From: an uncultured Alphaproteobacteria bacterium
GTDB lineage: Bacteria; Pseudomonadota; Alphaproteobacteria; JAJTHO01; G963706365
Direction: 5' to 3'
NCBI GenBank assembly: GCA_963706365.1
Contig: OY970150.1
Location: forward strand, 293,364-357,363
DNA: 64,000 nucleotides
The notes under the pieces are model-generated. The model was not told where the DNA came from, did not search any database, and worked only from the letters and a program-made list of their open reading frames with translations. Made by a program: the position numbers and the translations under genes. Shown here piece by piece: positions 20,331 through 30,000 of the stretch (position 1 is the stretch's first letter; each line of letters begins with the position of its first letter).

Positions 20331-20380
20331 TAGTAAAAGTAACTATTAAATAAAAACATATTATCCTTTAATAATAAATC

Positions 20381-21562
20381 ATGCTATTAAAGGATATGCG
20401 CAAACAACCACCGCCTAAATTAACAGGCACCTACCACAGCACCACTGCCGCTGGCGAAACGGTAAAAGCGTTTGTACCAAAACCGTTACCCATTGAACCT
20501 GCACTGGATTTAACTGCCTTGCAACCCCGCCTTGAAAAAGCAACGGCGGCATTGGGGCGGTTGGATGGGGTGACGGCATCGTTGCCGAGTGTGGAATTGC
20601 TGATTTATTTTTATATTCGCAAAGAGGCATTGTTATCGTCACAAATTGAAGGCACGCAATCATCGTTTGATGATTTGTTGTTGTATGAAAATAACGCGGT
20701 GCCGTCTGTGCCCATTGATGATGTAGAGGAGGTTTCACATTATGTGGCGGCGTTGAATCATGGCTTGCAGCGGATGCAGGAAGGGTTTCCGTTATCGTTG
20801 CGGTTGATACGAGAAATGCACGGTATTTTATTGCGGGGTGGGCGTGGCAGAACCAAAGCCCCTGGCGAATTTCGCACAAGCCAAAACTGGATTGGCGGCA
20901 CCCGACCAAGTAATGCTATATTTGTGCCGCCTCCGCCAAATAAGGTGATGGACTGCCTATCGAACCTAGAGCATTATCTACATAACGAGCAAGAACCCGC
21001 CCTGCTAAAAGCCGCCATCGCCCATGTGCAATTTGAAACCATTCACCCGTTTTTAGATGGCAACGGGCGTATGGGGCGGTTGTTGATTACGTTGTTATTG
21101 TGTGAACAAGGCTTGCTAAAATCGCCTGTGCTGTATTTAAGTTTGTTTTTAAAACAACATCGCCAAGCCTATTATGAAATGCTGGATGGGGTGCGCTATC
21201 AAGGCGGCAATGGAGAGGGATGGCTTAGGTGGCTAGATTTCTTCTTAGAAGGCGTAGAAAAAACCGCGACCGACGCCGCCCAAAAAGCCACCGCTATTCA
21301 GGCACTCTTTAAAGAAGATGTTGCCAAAATTGAAACGTTGAAACGGGCAAAAACATCGGCAGTGAGATTGTTTGAATATCTACAACGGCGGGCATTATGC
21401 CAAATTCCCAATGCGGCAGCTGATTTAGGTTTGACGCAACCAACAGTCACCGCCGCCCTGCAACATTTGGTAGCACTAGGGATTGCCCAAGAGGCATCGG
21501 GGAAACAACGAGATCGAGTTTTTGTTTATGGGGGGTATGTGGGGTTGTTGGGTGATGGTTAG
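20381..21562 (+). CDS. Fic-family protein
   Basis: Canonical HPFLDGNGRMGR, N-terminal SSQIEG auto-inhibitory motif, C-terminal HTH-like region. Confidence 0.95.
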   Translation: MLLKDMRKQPPPKLTGTYHSTTAAGETVKAFVPKPLPIEPALDLTALQPRLEKATAALGRLDGVTASLPSVELLIYFYIRKEALLSSQIEGTQSSFDDLLLYENNAVPSVPIDDVEEVSHYVAALNHGLQRMQEGFPLSLRLIREMHGILLRGGRGRTKAPGEFRTSQNWIGGTRPSNAIFVPPPPNKVMDCLSNLEHYLHNEQEPALLKAAIAHVQFETIHPFLDGNGRMGRLLITLLLCEQGLLKSPVLYLSLFLKQHRQAYYEMLDGVRYQGGNGEGWLRWLDFFLEGVEKTATDAAQKATAIQALFKEDVAKIETLKRAKTSAVRLFEYLQRRALCQIPNAAADLGLTQPTVTAALQHLVALGIAQEASGKQRDRVFVYGGYVGLLGDG

Positions 21563-22020
21563 AGATGCCGCTTCATTACAAAAGCAACTTTGCCGTATTC
21601 CTCATTTTCTATACCGTGTAAATCATGTGAGATATCAAACGATTTCCCTAACTTACTTGACCATACACCGTTATCTAGCTGCTTGGCGGCATGTGTTGGT
21701 GCTGAACCTAGTGAAAAAATGGCTATTTTTTCAAAATCTTGTTCTAAATCTTCACTGGCACAAAGTTTGTAGCCTAATTTTTCAAAGGCAGCTTGGAAAC
21801 ATGGCAGTGTCTCAACTCTTAAAGATATAGGCCAATAGGCAAAACCATTAATATCAGGCCACCACCACCGTGTTTCATCACCGCCTGCATAGGCAATACA
21901 GTTATAAGATTCATCTTGCGGGCTGGTAATCCTTAAAATACTACGATCAATTTTAGGGTATTTTTGCACCACTAAATTTTTAACACGCTCTATTTGTTCT
22001 GATTGTACCATTCTATCCAT
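21559..22020 (-). CDS. Putative papain-like Cys/His hydrolase (DUF7689-like)
   Basis: 'TSP..ESYNCIAYA', 'WWWP', 'THAAKQ', 'WSSKLG', 'YG'. Confidence 0.65.
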   Translation of the reverse strand: MDRMVQSEQIERVKNLVVQKYPKIDRSILRITSPQDESYNCIAYAGGDETRWWWPDINGFAYWPISLRVETLPCFQAAFEKLGYKLCASEDLEQDFEKIAIFSLGSAPTHAAKQLDNGVWSSKLGKSFDISHDLHGIENEEYGKVAFVMKRHL

Positions 22021-22391
22021 GCGTTACACATAGCCATTATATTCCCGCGATCTTTATCTTGTACAGGATTTTCTTTCGTAATAACGGCTAGTGCCATAAA
22101 TAGTAAATCTGGTTGGTTTTCGATTTCTTCAACAATTAACTTTACGACAGGTTGCCCCATATCAACAATGTCTTTAAAGTATTGGCTTTTCATCATAGCC
22201 GTTGGATTAGAGCTGTAAAGTGTTTCTAAACGCCAATTTTTTACAGCTTCTTGAAAAACGTCAACATAATCTTTTTGTGAAACAGGGTAGTGCACAGCGT
22301 TGGGAGCACTGGAAGAGACAGGTCTGATACTTTTGTAATAGCCTGTTGGTTCTGAGAAATTAATACTGCTCTTTTTCAAGTTGTTCTGCAT
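21990..22391 (-). CDS. Conserved hypothetical helical protein, possible antitoxin/inhibitor
   Basis: 'WRLETLYSS', 'IVDMGQPVVKLI', 'ALAVITKENPV', 'AWIEW'; overlaps both neighbours. Confidence 0.7.
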   Translation of the reverse strand: MQNNLKKSSINFSEPTGYYKSIRPVSSSAPNAVHYPVSQKDYVDVFQEAVKNWRLETLYSSNPTAMMKSQYFKDIVDMGQPVVKLIVEEIENQPDLLFMALAVITKENPVQDKDRGNIMAMCNAWIEWYNQNK

Positions 22392-22707
22392 CTTCTATAA
22401 CCTTTCCTAACCATTTATGTATTGATTTTGCAATATCTAAACGCAGAAAAATATCTGCTTCCATTTCACGTACAATACTGTGGCGTGATGTTACCTGCAC
22501 TAAGTCGCTTAACCTGCCATCATCTGAGACTTCATGAATTTCTCGCTTGGGAATGGCGCCCCTTTCACTGTATAATGAAATATGAACATGACCATTTGGC
22601 GTAACACCACCTACGGCACCATCAGCGCGTAACGAGCGAAATGAAGTGCTTTTGATATAATCAAAAATGACGTTCTGTTTTATCTCTAGCTCATCTTTTT
22701 CTTGCAT
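22360..22707 (-). CDS. Hypothetical protein, DUF3467-like
   Basis: 'FRSLRADGAVGGVTPNGHVHISLYSER', 'REMEADIFLRLDIAKSIHKWL'. Confidence 0.6.
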   Translation of the reverse strand: MQEKDELEIKQNVIFDYIKSTSFRSLRADGAVGGVTPNGHVHISLYSERGAIPKREIHEVSDDGRLSDLVQVTSRHSIVREMEADIFLRLDIAKSIHKWLGKVIEDAEQLEKEQY

Positions 22708-22859
22708 AATCTATATCGCTGTTTTTATTCTACTATAGTTTTTTTGTATTAAACTGCAATATAATAAACATAGCGTAAATATTACATATTTTAAACCGTT
22801 GTAGAAAAAATTTCCCCCAACCCCTCCCCATTTACCAAACTCTATGAGAGTATTTGTAG

Positions 22860-23123
22860 ATGGACACAACTTTACCAACAGAAAATTTGCGGGATGCGTT
22901 GTTGGCGCATTCACCAGCACCGAAAAGCACAACCCTCACCCCCGAAACCACCTTACTAAGCCGCCCTGAAACCGCGGCAATGATAGGCGTAAAGCCTAAT
23001 ACATTAGCGGTATGGGAAAGTAACAAGCGTTATAATCTGCCTGTTACCAAAGTGGGTAGGCTGGCAAAATATCGCCTTTCGGATATTCAGGCGTTCCTAG
23101 AAAACAATGGGGAGGGGGCATAA
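22860..23123 (+). CDS. HTH_17/excisionase-like DNA-binding protein
   Basis: 'LLSRPETAAMIGVKPNTLAVW...KVGRLAKYRLSDIQAFL'. Confidence 0.9.
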   Translation: MDTTLPTENLRDALLAHSPAPKSTTLTPETTLLSRPETAAMIGVKPNTLAVWESNKRYNLPVTKVGRLAKYRLSDIQAFLENNGEGA

Positions 23124-23124
23124 G

Positions 23125-23469
23125 ATGCACAATAGACTTCCTTTTAAAGAAGTGGCCGAACGGGCGACTTCTTATCACACCGCTATTTTAAACCGTTTAT
23201 TACCCGATGGTAAACTGATTGGTGTGGAATTTATGGCACGCAACCCGAACCGTTGCGATGGCAAAACAGGCAGTTTCTCGTTTAACATTAGAACAGGAAA
23301 ATGGGCAGACTTTGCCACCGATGACAAGGGTGGTGATATTATTTCGCTTTATGCTTATCTTGTTGGTTGTTCACAAAAGGATGCTTTATTTGACGTGGCG
23401 AAAATGATTGGCTTTGAGATTCCTGCCTATCGAGAATCATTTAATAAAGGAGGGCATCACTATGCGTAG
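23125..23469 (+). CDS. Stand-alone primase N-terminal (zinc-finger-like) domain protein
   Basis: 'NPNRCDGKTGSFSFNIRTGKWADFATDDKGGDIISLYAYL', homologous to the N-terminus of the element 1 primase. Confidence 0.75.
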   Translation: MHNRLPFKEVAERATSYHTAILNRLLPDGKLIGVEFMARNPNRCDGKTGSFSFNIRTGKWADFATDDKGGDIISLYAYLVGCSQKDALFDVAKMIGFEIPAYRESFNKGGHHYA

Positions 23470-25984
23470 TAACACCCTCGAGAAAATTCAATTTAACGAT
23501 AACATTACAGCCCCTATTACACAAGAAGAACAGCAGTTTGTAGCCGATAAAACTACTGGGAAAACAATAGATAAAGCGGATAAAGAACCCGTCTTTCCTG
23601 TGCCGGATACAGCCTCAAGTATTGATAGCTTTGCTGTAAAAAAATGGGGTGGTAAGCCTGATGTGCTTTATCCTTATCATAATGCTGATGGTGCGGTGAT
23701 GCTGTATATTGCCCGTTGGCACAATGATGGCGATAAGATCATTCGGCCATTGAGCTATTGTAATCTTGGCAATGGCCAGTTTGGCTGGGCTATAAAAGGT
23801 ATGGGCGGTGTAGACAATCGCCCGTTATATCGCCTGCCGGAGATTCTTAACAACCCTGATAAACCCGTATTAATTTGTGAGGGCGAGAAAACGGCGGATT
23901 CTGCGCAACGGCTATTCCCTGATTATATTTGTACTACCCCAATGCAGGGTGCGCAGTCTGCTAATAAAACAGACTGGCAGCCATTACAGGGGCGCAAGAT
24001 TGTTATTGCCCCGGATTGCGATGATGCGGGGATGCAATTTGCTGATACGGTTTATGATCTGGTTACAGCGGAAAGCGTGCAAATGCTGGCCACCTGGAAG
24101 CTGGGTAAAGGTTGTTTTATTAATGGCGACTGGTGCGAGCATACCAATATTGCCGAAAAATATGATTTGGCCGATGCGGAAGAAGATGGCTGGACAGCCG
24201 AGCGTATTAACCGCACCCCCGATTTGCTGGAAGCTTATATCACAACCGAAGCCTTAACAGCAATTACCAAAAACCACGGGGAGCAGTATAGAGTGAATGG
24301 CAGTGGGGTGTATCAATGGTGCGTTGTAGAAAGGGCGAAGGTAAAACAGCCCGCTATTAACGACTGGATTTGGCAATGTTCTTACCTAATTGTAAAGTGC
24401 CGGTGCCGCGATGGAAACAGTGGCAATTGGGGTTATTTAGTTGAACTAATAGATGCCGATGGTAAACGAAAAGAATGCACCTTACCGGCGGATATAATCA
24501 ACGATCCCAAACCGTATATTAAAACCTTGCTGAACTTAGGTTTGAAAATGAAGCCCTATGCCCATGCAACTATTGCCAGCTATATTCAATCCACCACCAC
24601 GAAAAAGCGGGCGACTGATGTTTATAAAGTGGGTTGGCATACCATTGATAACAAGCAGGTTTATGTATTTCCGGGGAAAGTTTATGGAAGCCCGAAAAAC
24701 CCTGTATTGCTCGATATTAAAGGCGGAATACAGCCGGAACCATTTACCGTGAAAGGCAACCTGCAACAGTGGAATGAAACCATCGGCAAATATCTGCCAC
24801 AAAACCATCGTTTAATTGTTGTTTCCTGCATAGGGCTTGCCGCCACTATTTTAGGGCTACAGGAAGAAGCGGAAAACTTTGGTATTCATTTTAAAGGCGG
24901 TTCCAGTATGGGCAAAACCACCGCCTTGCATGTGGCGAAAAGTGTTATGGGCAACAAAATAAACCCGTGGCGCACGACGGATAATGCGGCGGAAGGTTTA
25001 GCTGCGCTGCACCATCACAATTTATTAATGCTAGATGAGCTAAGCCAAGTGGAAGGCCGCGCCGCCGATCAAATGATTTATATGCTGGGTAATGGGCAAG
25101 GCAAAGCGAGAGCCAACCGTAGCGGCGAAGCACGGGGTATTATAGACTTCAAAACCCTATTCTTAAGCACCGGTGAAATTTCTTTATCGGAAAAAATAGC
25201 CGAATGCGGTAAACGCACTAAGGCCGGGCAAGCGGTGCGGATGCTGGAAATTGAAGCGGATGCCGAAACGGGGCACGGTATTTTTAACAGTATACATGAC
25301 CAACCATCAGCAGCGCAGTTATCGGATTACCTAAAGCAACAAGCCACGAAACATAGTGGCGCGGTGCTGGATCATTTTTTGACTAAGCTGTTAAAAAACC
25401 CTGATAATGCATTGTTGTCTATTAAAGCAAAACAGCGGGAATGGCTAGACGATCACTGCGAACCGGATGCCAATGGACAAGTAAAACGTGTTGCTAGAAA
25501 CATGGCGTTGATTGCTGCCACGGGTGAAATAGCCATTGAATGGGGTTGTTTTGCGGCATTGCAACAAGATGCTGCCATGCGTGCCATAGCCGTTCTATTC
25601 TATGACTGGTACAATAGTAATAAAGCCGATGATCCGCAGGAAGTTACTGCTACTATTAAAGCCCTACGACAGTTTTTAGAACAACATGGTAGTAGTAGAT
25701 TTGAAACTTGGGGTGGTGATAGTGAGGAGCCGCACAAAACAATTAATCGCGCAGGTTTTAGAAAGCCCGTAGGTGGTGCTTATCAATACTATTTGTTCAA
25801 AGGCACTTTTAGAACAGAAATTTGCCAAGGCGGTGATCCGGTAGTTATTGCAAGAACACTAGCGGATAAGGGTATTTTTATAAAAGATAAGAAACACAAA
25901 ACCGCCCCATCAACAACTATTCCCAACTATGGCACAGATAGAATGTACCATATCAATCCTGATTTTATGAAAGGTAGTGATTAA
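23462..25984 (+). CDS. Toprim primase-DUF927 helicase fusion
   Basis: 'RPLYRL', 'ICEGEKTAD', 'PDCDDAG', P-loop 'GGSSMGKTT', 'WRTTDNAAEG', 'LDEL', 'LSTGE'; RBS AAGGAGG upstream of ATG 23462. Confidence 0.9.
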   Translation: MRSNTLEKIQFNDNITAPITQEEQQFVADKTTGKTIDKADKEPVFPVPDTASSIDSFAVKKWGGKPDVLYPYHNADGAVMLYIARWHNDGDKIIRPLSYCNLGNGQFGWAIKGMGGVDNRPLYRLPEILNNPDKPVLICEGEKTADSAQRLFPDYICTTPMQGAQSANKTDWQPLQGRKIVIAPDCDDAGMQFADTVYDLVTAESVQMLATWKLGKGCFINGDWCEHTNIAEKYDLADAEEDGWTAERINRTPDLLEAYITTEALTAITKNHGEQYRVNGSGVYQWCVVERAKVKQPAINDWIWQCSYLIVKCRCRDGNSGNWGYLVELIDADGKRKECTLPADIINDPKPYIKTLLNLGLKMKPYAHATIASYIQSTTTKKRATDVYKVGWHTIDNKQVYVFPGKVYGSPKNPVLLDIKGGIQPEPFTVKGNLQQWNETIGKYLPQNHRLIVVSCIGLAATILGLQEEAENFGIHFKGGSSMGKTTALHVAKSVMGNKINPWRTTDNAAEGLAALHHHNLLMLDELSQVEGRAADQMIYMLGNGQGKARANRSGEARGIIDFKTLFLSTGEISLSEKIAECGKRTKAGQAVRMLEIEADAETGHGIFNSIHDQPSAAQLSDYLKQQATKHSGAVLDHFLTKLLKNPDNALLSIKAKQREWLDDHCEPDANGQVKRVARNMALIAATGEIAIEWGCFAALQQDAAMRAIAVLFYDWYNSNKADDPQEVTATIKALRQFLEQHGSSRFETWGGDSEEPHKTINRAGFRKPVGGAYQYYLFKGTFRTEICQGGDPVVIARTLADKGIFIKDKKHKTAPSTTIPNYGTDRMYHINPDFMKGSD

Positions 25985-25986
25985 CA

Positions 25987-26161
25987 GGTGTTCGCGGTGT
26001 TTCGGGTGTTTGGACAAGATAATTATCAAGCAATACAATATGATAATGCCAAACACTTCAAAACACCCTGCCATTACCCAACGTGTTGCAGGTGTTTGTA
26101 TGCAACAAATTGAAAAACAATAATTAATTAAAATCCAAACACCTAAAACACCCCAAACACC
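25987..26161. promoter_or_regulatory. Putative replication origin: inverted iteron arrays
   Basis: GGTGTT at 25987, 25996, 26005 and AACACC at 26138, 26147, 26156 (9-bp period), with extra copies between and an AT-rich core. Confidence 0.7.
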
Positions 26162-26175
26162 GGAAATATAACGAT

Positions 26176-26715
26176 ATGAGTAAGAAAACAAAAACGAATC
26201 ATACCCTAAATGTTTTTAACAAAGACCTCAGCAATGGTATTTTAAACAGCACGCTTACAGCAGCATTGCTTTCAAAAGACTATATGGGCAAATACCATGA
26301 CCCTGGCGTATTTCTCGACCCTATTGCTAAAACCGCCAACAAAGCCAGCGATGGTGATTTAACCGACATGGAAGCCATGCTGGCTAGCCAAGCTATCGCG
26401 TTAGATACCCTATTTTCAAGCCTAGTGCATCGCTCTTGCTCAAACATGGGGCAGTATTTTGATGCTGCCAACGAATATATGAAACTAGCACTAAAGGCAC
26501 AAACGCAATGTAAAACTACTATTGAGAGTCTAGCTAATATTAAGCAATCAAAAATAGTGGTGCAAAATAACATTGCCCAATATCAACAGGTAAATAACGA
26601 TGGTCAAATAACCGCACAACAGCCCAATGCCATCGTCCATAACCCTGCTGAACCTGTAAAAATGGACAATGCGACAAACGAACTATTGGATCATGAAAAA
26701 GTCATTGAAACGTAA
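26176..26715 (+). CDS. Conserved hypothetical protein of integrative elements
   Basis: 'EAMLASQAIALD...LALKAQTQCKTTIESL'; overlaps the next gene. Confidence 0.75.
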   Translation: MSKKTKTNHTLNVFNKDLSNGILNSTLTAALLSKDYMGKYHDPGVFLDPIAKTANKASDGDLTDMEAMLASQAIALDTLFSSLVHRSCSNMGQYFDAANEYMKLALKAQTQCKTTIESLANIKQSKIVVQNNIAQYQQVNNDGQITAQQPNAIVHNPAEPVKMDNATNELLDHEKVIET

Positions 26716-26938
26716 AAGAAAAAAGGATTTTTGCACCCGTAATAAAAACGGAGGGACTCCTGAGCGTAGAAAGCAACAATCAGAACGTATTAAGCATTGG
26801 AAGCCTTGGAAAAGTAGCACGGGGGCGACCACTGAACAGGGTAAAGAAACCTGTAAGATGAATGCATTTAAACATGGGTTTTACGGGGCGGAGATTAAGG
26901 CAATTCAGAAAATTATTGCTGAAATTGAAAAGGGTTAG
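26693..26938 (+). CDS. HGGxSTG-related small basic protein
   Basis: 'WKPWKSSTGATTEQGKETCKMNAFKHG' resembles the STGPxTxEG...NAxKHG motif. Confidence 0.7.
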   Translation: MKKSLKRKRKKDFCTRNKNGGTPERRKQQSERIKHWKPWKSSTGATTEQGKETCKMNAFKHGFYGAEIKAIQKIIAEIEKG

Positions 26939-27079
26939 CGTAGGTACTTTATAGCCATTTTAACTATACGGGTGTTCGAGGTGCGGTGTATTACGATGGC
27001 TAGAGGTTTTTGAATTGGTTAACTGGTTAGTTAAACCACGCTAGCTATTAGAAGTCTTAACCGTTATGGATGAAGCTAT

Positions 27080-30000
27080 ATGACTGTTCTAAAATCTAAT
27101 GCGCCACTGTTTTCTGACATTGTTACAGAAACAGTATTGGAAACACCATTACAAAAACTATTAAACCATTTTCGTAACCATGCCCAAACGGAACGGGAAA
27201 AGGGTACATATTTTGAGGAGCTTATCCTGAAATATTTACAAACGGAACCGCAGTATAAAAACCTTTATCAATCGGTGCAAACCTATGCTCATTGGGCAAA
27301 AGCACAGGGAAAGTCGCAGCAAGATGATGGCATTGATTTGGTTGCTATTACAACAGGTGGCGAAACTCATGCAATACAGTGCAAGCTATATGATCAAGGC
27401 TACACATTACAAAAACGCGACATTGATAGCTTTTTCACAGCCAGCGGCAAAGCCCCGTTTACTAATCGTATCATTGTTAGCACCACAAATAAATGGTCGC
27501 CACACGCGGAAAACGCCTTAATTGACCAAACCCCGCCTGTTACCAAAATTGATTTATTTGCATTGGAAGAAAGTGTTATTGACTGGGCGCAATATCAACC
27601 TGATACCACTGTAAAAACCAAAGCGAAATACCCTCTTAAATGCCATCAAAAACGTGCTTTGAATGCCATAGATAAAGGTTTTGAAACGGCCAATCGTGGC
27701 AAAATGATTATGGCTTGTGGCACGGGGAAAACCTTTACTAGTCTCAAGATTGCTGAACAGCAGGCGGGTGTAGGCAAGAATGTACTATTTTTAGTGCCTA
27801 GCCTTTCCCTATTATCTCAAACCTTAACCGAATGGACACAGCAAAGCGACATCCCTCTAAACAGCTTTGCCGTGTGTTCTGATAATGATGTAGGGAAAAA
27901 GAAAAGTGGGAATGATGACGCCGTGCAAACGCTTATTCATGAATTATCATACCCTGCCACCACCAATGCAGAAAGCCTGTATAAAGCTACACAGAACCGC
28001 AGCCAGCCTAATGCCATGACCGTGGTATTTTCAACCTATCATTCCCTTGCCACTATCCACGAAGCGCAAAAATTAGGGCTTGCTGATTTTGACCTTATCA
28101 TTTGCGATGAAGCCCACCGCACCACGGGCGCAACCTTTAGTGGGGATGACGAAAGCAGCTTTGTGCGTATTCACGATAACGATTATGTTGCAGGGCATAA
28201 ACGGTTGTATATGACCGCAACCCCCCGCATTTATGGCAACGATGCCAAAATAAAAGCCGAGGTGGAAAGCATTGAGTTGTGTTCCATGGACGACCCCGCC
28301 AAATTTGGTAAAACCCTGTTCACCATCAACTTTGCTGAGGCGGTGGAAAAAGGCTTGCTAGTGGATTACAAGGTGCTGGTGTTGGCGGTGGATGAAATGC
28401 ACATCAACCAACGTTTGCAAAAATTATTATCCGATGAAAATAATTCCTTAAAAGTAGATGACGCCGCCCGCATTGTGGGGTGTTGGAAAGCATTGTCTAT
28501 GCAGGGTATTGAGGGCGCAACCCCCATGCAACGGGCGGTGGCGTTTTGTGACAAGATAGAAATCAAAACCCGTGGCAACGTAAGTAGCAAGCAAATTGCC
28601 GCCATGTTCCAAACAGTAGTAGAAGTCTATCAAGAAGCGGAGAACGATAGCACCCAATTAACCTGCGAAGTACAACACGTTGACGGCAGCATGAACGCCA
28701 GCCAAAAGGAAGAAAAACTAGCATGGTTAAGGGCTGAAACCGCTGAGAACACATGCCGTATTGTTAGTAATGTAAAATGTTTATCGGAAGGTGTAGACGT
28801 GCCTACCCTTGATGCAGTGTTATTTCTGACCCCTAAAACTTCACAGGTGGATGTGGTGCAATCAGTGGGGCGCATCATGCGCAATGCCCCGAATAAGGAA
28901 TTGGGGTATGTGATATTACCCGTGGTTATTCCCCACGGCATGGAAGCCCACGACGCCCTTGATAACAACCAGAATTATAAGGTGGTATGGGACGTGCTAA
29001 ATGCCTTGCGTTCCCACGATGAACGCCTGAATGCCAAAATTAACCAAGCCGAATTGGAAGGCAAAAGCATTGCCAATATTGAGGTTATTCCCGTTACCAA
29101 CACCCTGAACCCGAAAATTAAACGCCCATCTGATAAAGACAGCACCCTAAACAGTGCTAGAACAGGCTATGGCATTGGCGAGAAAAACCCCGATGCCCCC
29201 ACCCAGCAATTAGAAATAGAATTTGAAATTGGCGATATTGAACGGGCATTATATGCCAAAATCGTGAAAAAATGCGGGCAGCGGTTATATTGGGAAGATT
29301 GGGCAAAAGACATTGCCAACATCGCCCAAACCCACATTAACCGCATCACCACCATTGTGCAAAACCCTGAAAACACGGTTGAAGCCGCCGCCTTTAACGG
29401 CTTTGCCGGTGAACTGCGAGACGACCTAAACCCCAGCATTTCAGACGATGAAGTGATTGAAATGTTGGCACAGCACCTCATCACCAAACCCGTGTTTGAT
29501 GCGCTGTTTCAACACGATAATTTTGCCGCCAACAACCCCGTTTCCCAAGCCATGCAAGATGTGCTGGATGTGTTGCAAACCCACAATTTGCATAAAGAAG
29601 CCGACACCCTAGAACAATTCTATGAAAGCGTGCGCCGCCGTGTGGCGGGCATTAACACCGCCGAAGGCAAGCAAAAGATTATTGTGCAGTTATACGATAA
29701 ATTTTTCCGTAATGCCTTCCCCCGCCTTACCGAACGCCTTGGCATTGTTTACACCCCTGTTGAGGTGGTGGATTTCATTATTCATTCGGTAAACGACGTA
29801 TTGCAAAATGAATTTGGTGAAACATTAGGCAGCCAAGGCGTGCATATTATTGACCCCTTCACCGGCACCGGCACGTTTATCACCCGCATGTTGCAAAGCG
29901 GCCTCATCACCCCCGAACAACTGCCCCATAAATACGACCACGAAATTCATGCCAACGAAATTGTGTTGCTGGCCTATTACATCGCCGCCATTAATATTGA

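Noticed and set aside
18271-26161. CRISPR array from the TGCGGCAC or GGTGTT repeats
   Set aside because: Units are 6-11 bp without unique spacers and no cas genes are seen; better explained as arm sites and iterons.
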